From the NCBI RefSeq assembly GCF_001194135.2, contig NC_068985.1, positions 74,191,834 through 74,248,676 on the forward strand: a DNA stretch of 56,843 nt. Direction: 5' to 3'. The notes under the pieces are model-generated. The model did no database searches, had not been told where the DNA came from, and was given only the letters and a program-made list of their open reading frames with translations. The position numbers and the translations under genes were made by a program. The stretch comes from Octopus bimaculoides (taxonomy: Eukaryota). This document shows positions 48,633 through 56,843 of the stretch, in pieces. Each line of letters opens with the position of its first letter. Within the stretch, counting starts at the first letter, position 1.

Positions 48633-49619
48633 TTTACGCACACACACATACACGCATGCAAATACATCCACGCACACATACATACACACAAATATGTATA
48701 TTGTATATATGTTATGTATATTGATTTATTTACAGTAACGAATTAAAAGCAGCGCTTGGGTTGCGAACATTATTGACTGCACATACTCAATGTATTTATT
48801 TTGCTTGTTCGCCGGTTTGCTGCGGGAAACCGTCTGAAGGACGACTCCGTAATTGCATTGGGTGTTAAAACATCTGAAGGTTATAGGTGAGTTGTTTCAT
48901 TCACCTTTGCTGGATACCGATATTTTTCCACTTCTCTGCTTTATCAACACCGGAAAATAATTGAATGGCCACTCTATGACTATATTTAAATAATATAAAA
49001 ACTATTTACTGATATGCCACGTCGATCCATACGTAAGATCAAATTAATTCCCGAATTAAAAAAACACAGCGCCAATGATGTAATTATTATCGACCGCACA
49101 TACTCAATATATGTGTTTATTTGCCTACTTGAACGGCCATTGCATATATAAATAACAATTTTCCTTTAATGATGCATTTATTGTACTGTTCTGATATAAT
49201 TTCATTGAAAACCTATCTATAATCTTCCTCTATGTTTACTGAGATACCTTTATGTGGAGTGGGTTCTGCAAAGAGAAGAACGTTGACGGAATATACTTCA
49301 TGTCGCTTCGCTTTATGCTAAATTACATTTATTTCAAATATAATTTGTAATTCTATTACTTATGTCTTCTAGCACAGCAGAAAGAATTTGCAATAAATTT
49401 GAAAGTTTATTCGTGTTTTTACAATTTAATGACATAATCGTGTAATTTTTACTTCAGAAAGTAGAGACGCAATGCATAGATAGGGCAATGAGAAACAAAA
49501 TGCATACGTATTTTCCAAGAAAAAACATACACAAATATTAGTTATTGTTGGATATCATATTTATTATCTGTGGGATTTTACATCCTCTCAGAATAAATAT
49601 ATTCACCCAAACCTTGTTA

Positions 49620-50310
49620 AGTAAACTTTACGTTAAGGTTTAGGACGCAGCTATAATTATGTTCGAGAGATGGAATGGCTGTTAGGATGGATATGAGTAT
49701 GAGTGGTGATATGTTAGAGGAGGTGAGTGTTTTTATGTGTCTGAGATCACATGTGATGCTGCATGGGGGATTGGTTGAGAAAGTGAGATATAGTGTGAGG
49801 GAGGGAGTAAGATACTTGGAGTTGTGAACGGTATGTTGAGAGATAAAATAAAAGGTTGAGTATGAAAGTGTAAAGATGTCTGTATGAGGGCATGATTGTG
49901 GTGACACTGTTATATGGTGCAGAGACGTGGGGGCTGAGATGGGCGAAAAGGAGGCAAATAGATGTGTTTTCGACGAGATGTCTGAGGTCTATAGTTGGTG
50001 TGACACAAATGGACAGGATGAGGAATGAGGATGTTCAAAGGCGAGCTGAAATGAGAGAAAAACTAACAACCAAAATAGATAGATGAATGTTGAGGTGGTT
50101 TAGCCATATGGAAAAGATTGATGAGGAGCGGATGGTAAGGAGGGTGATGAAGGCAGAAGTGGTAGGCAGCAGAACCGGAGGCAGACCTCGGTTTGTGTCG
50201 ATGTATGGAGTGAGAAGGCTTTGGTGGGTAGAGGTGTTGGAATGAGAGAAGCAAGAAAGTTTATAAATGATAGGAAATCTTGGAGAGTGTTAGTGGACGG
50301 ATGAGTGAAT
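49620..50310 (+). mobile_element. RTE-clade LINE 3' ORF remnant
   Basis: ...MLEEVSVF...YEGMIVVTLLYGAETWGL...IDVFSTRCLRSIVGVTQMDRMRNEDV...LRWFSHMEKIDEERMVRRVM...GGRPRF...NDRKSWR. Confidence 0.85.
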
Positions 50311-51435
50311 TTGATCTTGGCCAAAGTGGTACGGAACCAGCATGATGCGGCAGTGTTAAACCAGCATATGTTGTCGGGCTCCGCTGCTGATAGTGAGGGT
50401 TGCGTTCTGTGCCTTGACCTGAGCATAAGACTGGGCTTGCCTCTTTGAGCTGGAAAATGAATGGAATGCCTGGTGTGTGTCTTGTGGTTATCCTCTCCTA
50501 AAAAATGGGGAATAGGACTGGGTATATGTATATGTATGTTTCATTAATTCTAATATGAGCAAGTATGGTAATGTGTGGTTATGTAATGCAGTCAGATAAT
50601 CTTGGTTTCAAGCCCATTACTTAGAATGTTTTAAATAAGTCATCATGACGGAGTTTACAATTAAACGATAAACAATTATCAATAACATTTTCCCCGTTAA
50701 ATTGCTTACACTTAACTTATCACATGATAAAGCTTTATATTCGTTGCACCCTATATACGAATGATTGCCTCCTCACACCACTATATTTCTGAATATCATT
50801 ACTGCTTTGCTTCCATATAGGTAGAAACTTTGTCTTTTCTTGTAGTATTTAGAGAACACACGATTTTAAAATTTCTCTCGTCGGTATCTTTTAACTTAAT
50901 CTAAAAGCCTCCAACTAGAGAGAAGCAATTAACTATTAAGAACTATTTAACACAATGGACATTAACTGCTATAATCCCTTTAATGCTACTATTTTCCAGT
51001 TACACGATAAATCTTGGTGGTTCAGTTCACAGGTCTACTAAACTTTACAACCGGACGAAAGTGAGCAGCCACATTGCTAACGTAAGGGTGTACACTTTTC
51101 CCTTTGAAATAAAATATACGCGATTTATAATATCCCCAACAACATTCACTTAATCCAAATCAGATAAGCTATATGGCATTGTAAATACAACAGCTGACAC
51201 ACATGTACCTAACACCTATCACATCTTCAAAAATATTAACTAATCTAACAAACAGGTTATTTTGGTTAGTAAAATATAATACCCATATTCAATTGGCCTG
51301 TTAACGGGAAACTTAATCCACGAAGTATCATGTTATGTTATAATACATGCATCAAAACTATCCACCCCTGAACGATTATCACACTTACTGTAGTTAGTAT
51401 CCCATTAGAGGACAATTATGCAATATCAATGTATT

Positions 51436-51652
51436 TTTAAGGCGACTAACTGGCAGAAATGTTAGCACGCTGTGCGAAATGCTTAGCGGTATTTCGTCTG
51501 TCTTTAATTTCTGAGTTCAAAGTACGCTGAGGTCGACTTTGCCTTTCATCCTTTCGGGGTCGATAAATTAAGTGCCAGTTTTGTACTGGGGTCGATCCAA
51601 TCGGCTGGGCCCCTTTCCAAAACTTTTGGGCCTTGTGCCTAGAGTAGAAAAG
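51436..51652 (+). mobile_element. SINE family B with ~14-bp TSD
   Basis: Homologous to 43761-43979; flanked by aatatcaatgtatt (51422-35) and aatatcaacgtatt (51653-66). Confidence 0.85.
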
Positions 51653-53135
51653 AATATCAACGTATTATATAATGTACAAAACAAAACAACACATACAAGA
51701 AAGCAAGGTCCCCTAAACATGTTCAATCGTACAAGAACTTTACTTTGAATTAAGGAAAACTTAGAGACTTAGAAATAATGAAAACCCAAGATACAAAATA
51801 TCCACAGACAACAAGCACATCAAACATATATGTCGTATCTAGCAACCTAACGAATATCATTATAGTTTCCTCATTTGGACAGAACCATTCCAACTTACAT
51901 TAAAACAATAAACGACGTCTGAAGATTTATGGACAAGAAATAGGAACACCACATCAGCACAATATTCCATTATATATACACCCAGTTATCATTACAAAAT
52001 ACAAATTCAAACATCATATCTTAGACATGAATTTTATCTATGAAGCACAGATAATCGAAGATATATATATGGAAAACAGATATATCATCAAACAGCCCTC
52101 GTTATCCAAAGAACTATCACATTTATTCCATTAGAATAAGTGGAACAAAAAGAGACATGTGGGATAGAGAATTTTGAGGATGTCATAGGATATATAACGA
52201 AAGATCTTTAACAAACAAACTAAGACAATAATAATAATAAAATTGAAATGATGACCAAATATATACTGCATGTGTTTAATAGGCAAAATATGACGATTCC
52301 CTAGCATAGCAATATATGCTTCAACTCACGACTTCACATTACGAATCATGCAAAACAAATATATTAACATATATATTACACATATATGTGTGTATGTTTC
52401 CGTGAGAGTTGGTGTACATGTGTGTGTATGTGTGTGTGTGTGTGTGTGTGTATGTGTGTGTATGTGAGTGTGTGTGTGCGTGTGAGTGTGTGAGTGCTTA
52501 TGAGTGCTTATTTCTCTGTGATTCATAAGAAAGGAACGATGTTTGTGTAGCTGAAGTGTAACGTTGTAGAGCAACAATGAGCTACGAAAATAATTAGCCA
52601 AATATAAAAATAAGCATTTGCATTAATATGATATTCGAGAGTATGTATATCCAATGCCCAATAACAGTACAGCTTGTCACAATGTGTAGAATAAAAGAGA
52701 AGACTACTACCAATAACAAAATATCGAATGGATGAATATATATTAAGATAAGTAGAAATATTCGTGTAGCTGAAAAACCAGTGTTTTGTTGATTTTTTAG
52801 AGAGATATTGTATATTTTCAAGCACCATAGTGATGAAGAGACGTCATTAAAAGTTCAAACGTCAGATAACTTTTCTGGATTTGGGATTTCATAAGCAGTA
52901 TAAGAAAAATTAACTCGCAATTACATTGAGATGACGAGTCAGATTTATAAGAACGGTGCGTATTATGTAAATAATATTGTTGCATTCGAAAGCTGCAGGG
53001 TGAAATGTTTGACTTACACGAGATGAAAACATGATGAAATATAAGAAATTCATGAAAAATGTGAATATGAAGGTATCCCAACTAAGCATATATTATACTC
53101 AAGAAGCTTGTGGAACATACAATAGAATTGTGTGT

Positions 53136-53178
<43 letters not shown>

Positions 53179-53379
53179 CATGCGTGTGAGTGTGTGTATG
53201 CGTGTGTATTTGTATCTTACTTGGATATACTATTAACAGCAATTCCGCTATCGCTACTGGATGCTTTACGACTGGTCCTGTTAAAGTTCTATGCTTTTTA
53301 TCAGTATACGCCTATAAGAGAAGGTTTTTTAAGACGAATACAGCAGTTTTGTGGCTTTCGATAGAGTATTCCAGAGCGT

Positions 53380-53765
53380 ACCTGCATGGTTAGAACTTTG
53401 TTTCTAAACTCTATGGTGCCAAGTTCAGTTTCATTGCCCAGAGGTATGAGTAAGTTTCTTCAAATATAGCTCTGGGCCGACTAACATCTTCTGAAAATAG
53501 AAGGAAACACTCATCTACACTTTTTGTGAGTGTATGTCTATCTATCTTTACATTTGAGTTTATTCCCTGCTACCACTTGAGAGACTGTGTTAGGTTGTTT
53601 ACGTTCCGGGACATATCATTTCGGTAAAATAGAGAATAGAATCAGAACTAGGCTTAAAATATATCCACCGGGGTCGATCTGTCGATCTATCAGCTAAAGC
53701 ATTCAAGACAGTGTCCCGGAATCACTGCAGTCAAATGACTGAAACAGGTGATAGAAATTAAAAAA
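53380..53765 (+). mobile_element. old SINE family C copy
   Basis: Degenerate head, ggggtcgat, and tail gcagtcaaatgactgaaaca matching 47-247. Confidence 0.6.
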
Positions 53766-53829
53766 AAGATACATACATGCAAACATGCATACATACATAC
53801 ATATATACATACATACATACAAGATGCAA

Positions 53830-54090
53830 CCGCCTGTGTTAGCTATGTCATGTTTCTCTGCAAGACATCACGCAGCTGTCCTAAAATGTTGTCACGTACT
53901 AGTTCCCTATGCGGCACGGTGGAATATTCCCATCAAAACCTCTGTGAAATGTAAACATAACAGGCTGGATATTGCTGTTTGGACCAGAGAGGTAAAGGTA
54001 TGTGCCATCAAACAAGTCAGCTGTCCTGCAAATATAAATATATCTATGAAAATCAAAGAAAAAGAGTATATCTATGGACAACTGCTTTGA
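53830..54090 (+). pseudogene. restriction-like endonuclease fragment of an R4/Dong/NeSL-type non-LTR element
   Basis: RHHAAVLKCCH...WNIPIKTSVKCKHNRLDIAVW...VCAIKQVSCPANINISMKIKEKEYIYGQLL, matching the RH..., HNRPDIV, EVSCP, K..K..Y motifs. Confidence 0.7.
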
Positions 54091-54399
54091 AATCTCCCGC
54101 TTCTATATCCAAAAAATGAACTCATATTTATACAAATAAGAATTGGAATACTAGGTTTTGTTAGTAAATGCTTAAGGGTGAATCTGGATAAATTGGAATT
54201 TTCAGAAAAATAAACCGACCGGCTAATTCGAACATTAGAAGTGCAATCTGTGAGTGGAACAGTAAAGATTTCTCAATTTCTCAAGTTCCAAATGTAAATT
54301 CATCTGTGTTAACTACATCCTAAGGATGGAACCTTGTATCTTTGTTGGAAACTGGCTCCCTCTTCAGTGGAAGATTTATTATGATTAAAAAAGAGAAGA

Positions 54400-54566
54400 G
54401 ACATACATACGTACGTACATACATACATACGTACATACATACATACATACATATATACATGCATGCATGCATACATACATAATACATACAAACATACATA
54501 CACACATACATACATGCATACATACATACATACATACATACATACATACATACATACATACATACA
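54400..54566. repeat. (ACAT)n tetranucleotide microsatellite
   Basis: Directly visible. Confidence 0.95.
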
Positions 54567-54568
54567 AA

Positions 54569-54965
54569 TATATGGTAAACGAAAGACGGAAGATAGAAAA
54601 TACGAGAAATTTTATTTATCACGACAATTGTTTCGACACATATAGCACCGATCCCTCACTGGTGGGTTACTTAGCAACTGGTTCAGGAGCATCAAACGGT
54701 GCAGATATGCCTCTTCTATATAAATGAAAATATATTCTTGAATTAGCTGCTTTACTTTGCACGAAATCAGAGGATACATTGCGGGAGCGTTATTTAACGG
54801 ATTATATCTATTGATCACCCAAAGATACACATCTGCACCGTTGGATGCTCCTGAATCAATTGTTAAGTATTCCATCCGTGAAGGATCGATGCTATATGTG
54901 TCGAATCCATTGTGATTAATAGAAATTCACGTATATTCCATCTTCCGTCTTTCATTTACCATATA
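54569..54965. mobile_element. fold-back element with ~140-bp inverted arms
   Basis: 54569-54709 and 54828-54965 are diverged reverse complements around a 118-bp spacer; TA at both outer ends. Confidence 0.85.
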
Positions 54966-56005
54966 CATAACAAACACTGTGAAAGTGACCGTGTTTTACC
55001 AGTAAGCTACCAGGTATAGAACATTCGTTCTATTATCTAACACACACACACACACACGCAAACACAAACACACACACACGCACACACACACTCACGCACA
55101 CACATACATATATATATATATGTATGTACGCATGTATGTACGTATGTATGTACGTATGTTTATATATGATCACCCTTCACCACCACCAGGTATTGTATCA
55201 GTTTATACTTAAAGTCACCTTTTAGTTACTTGCGAGCAATTCTAGGCTTCATCACTAATTCTGTTACAAATCAAATTGAATGCGATTGTTTTAAACATGA
55301 CGGTCTGTCCGAAACTACATATTTGAATTTTGTTTTTAGAATCATATTATTTTTGAAACTTCATTTTATTAACAAAATTCATTATCCAACCATTTCATTT
55401 CACAGATATTGTGTTATAAAATTTACATTATATAGAGTATATATAATTCAGAAAGGTAAAAAATAGTAACAAAAAATTGAAAGTAAACCATGGAGTTCCT
55501 TTAAAGTTTGCATTATCAGATAACAGAATATCTTGAATTTTTAAAAAGAATTGAAAACTAATGAATAAATTAATTGGAAAATCCTGAAATTATTCTCTAG
55601 ATATTTAAAAGAAACATACGGGCTATAATGCATTTCAATTTTGTTTAAATTGCTATAATGTGACTTTTTCTAATATATAAGCTTTTAATATCCAATTTTT
55701 AATGTGTAAATTTACAGGCAATTATTTTTTCTGCCAAAATTGATAAAAATATCTTCTTGAGTATTTTAATTAAAACTTTTATTTAAAGATAAAAAATATA
55801 AAGTGCATTTATTTCTAGCTTGGTTTTTAGACTATGATCACCAGCAATATTTTGTTTTGTTTTTCTTCGTCCTCCTCTTTTCCAGGTTTAATTTCTAAGA
55901 ATATTCTAGCATCCTGTGCCCGCATTTGTGATTTTGTTACTGCTTGTTCTGTAATTTACCAGTTTCAATATTTAAGGATATTGTAGGATTTGCGCCCGCA
56001 TTTCT

Positions 56006-56006
<1 letters not shown>

Positions 56007-56073
<67 letters not shown>
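56007..56073. repeat. (TG)n microsatellite
   Basis: Directly visible. Confidence 0.95.
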
Positions 56074-56077
<4 letters not shown>

Positions 56078-56118
56078 CTGTACTAGATGACATATTGTTC
56101 ACTGTGCATTTTCTTCAG

Positions 56119-56348
56119 ATATATGCATCAAGTGCTTGTGAATCCACAAAAAGGTACAAATGTGGATTGTCATGGCTAGCACAACATGAACCACAAGCTT
56201 GTTTGATATGGTCTAACTGACCAGTTTTCCATACAGTAACAACTTTAGAAATTTAACTCTGTCTATTTTATGATGGCAGGCAATATTGATATGATAGTTG
56301 TCCAATAAGTTTTCAGGAGTTATTGACATAATATGTTGTTCAAGAATA
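56119..56348 (+). other. two candidate mini-exons (56119-56153, 56317-56348)
   Basis: Acceptors ttttcttcAG and aagttttcAG, donors GTACAA and GTGAGT; phases chain to YMHQVLVNPQKGVIDIICCSRI. No homology. Confidence 0.15.
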
Positions 56349-56809
56349 GTGAGTTACTCTCGAAAGTTAAACGATATTTCTGGCACACGTAATACTTCAT
56401 CTATTCTAATCTAGAATAATAAGACAACGTGTTGTATCAGATGCCATCATCTATAGTTTTTGAAATATGGAAGATTTTTCATTAGTCGACAGGATAATGT
56501 CGATTGAAGGAGAGGTGCATATTTTCTTGCAAGGATTATAGCCTTCTTGAATAGAATTCGTGATATGGAGTGTGTATAAATGTAACCGCACGTGATTGTT
56601 AAAGATTAGAAATAATCACGAAAATCGTGATTATTTTTTCTCCTTCATTTTGAAAATTCCTGGTTTACCTGTTTCCGAAGAAGCGCCATGATTGAAACGT
56701 AAATCTACACCTCTATTCCTTCACAGTGTGTAATATTAATACATTGCTCATGCTACATCTACTCGTTTGCTTGTTTTTCGTCTTCTTTTTCTCTGTGTTT
56801 TATCCTCTG

Positions 56810-56843
<34 letters not shown>

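Noticed and set aside
49617-50426. Minus-strand ORFs 49617-49907, 50063-50254 and 50100-50426
   Set aside because: Antisense shadows of the plus-strand RTE remnant.
50700-52320. Second strand-biased tract suggestive of an old LINE RT
   Set aside because: No convincing RT motif order could be recovered.
56080-56125. Minus-strand CTGAAGA...GAAC-aatat-GTC motif
   Set aside because: GAAA is incomplete and there is no stem II; it overlaps a plausible splice acceptor instead.
1-56843. CRISPR array, operon or other prokaryotic/phage system
   Set aside because: No regular repeat-spacer array or gene-dense coding. Composition, microsatellites and SINE/LINE content indicate animal non-coding DNA.

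Overview
Eukaryotic, AT-rich, repeat-dense scaffold segment with 12 N-gaps and many microsatellites. It is probably an octopod (Octopus) genome; this is inferred from recalled SINE families, not from a database search. No prokaryotic features, rRNA/tRNA genes, CRISPR arrays or recognisable intact host genes were found, and most ORFs in the supplied track are gap or microsatellite artefacts. The window is mostly decayed transposons: three mariner copies (one with both TIRs), a Tigger/pogo fragment, a piggyBac-type MITE, a Helitron with both termini, CR1-group, RTE and R4/Dong-type LINE fragments, and three SINE families. The most notable part is 2.9-15.7 kb, a nest of Penelope-like elements (PLEs). 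It carries eight hammerhead-ribozyme (HHR) motifs from five unrelated families. One is essentially canonical (2918-3001, minus). One family has a ~90-nt insertion in stem II, occurs in four copies and shows apparent covariation. The nest also holds a Naiad-like GIY-YIG domain (9661-10040) whose CxxC motif reads TGG-TAC-CTT-TGA, a candidate relic of a selenocysteine-coding retroelement. A relatively repeat-poor island at ~17.5-23.4 kb has weak evidence for a spliced host transcript. All alignments and translations were done by eye and need computational confirmation.
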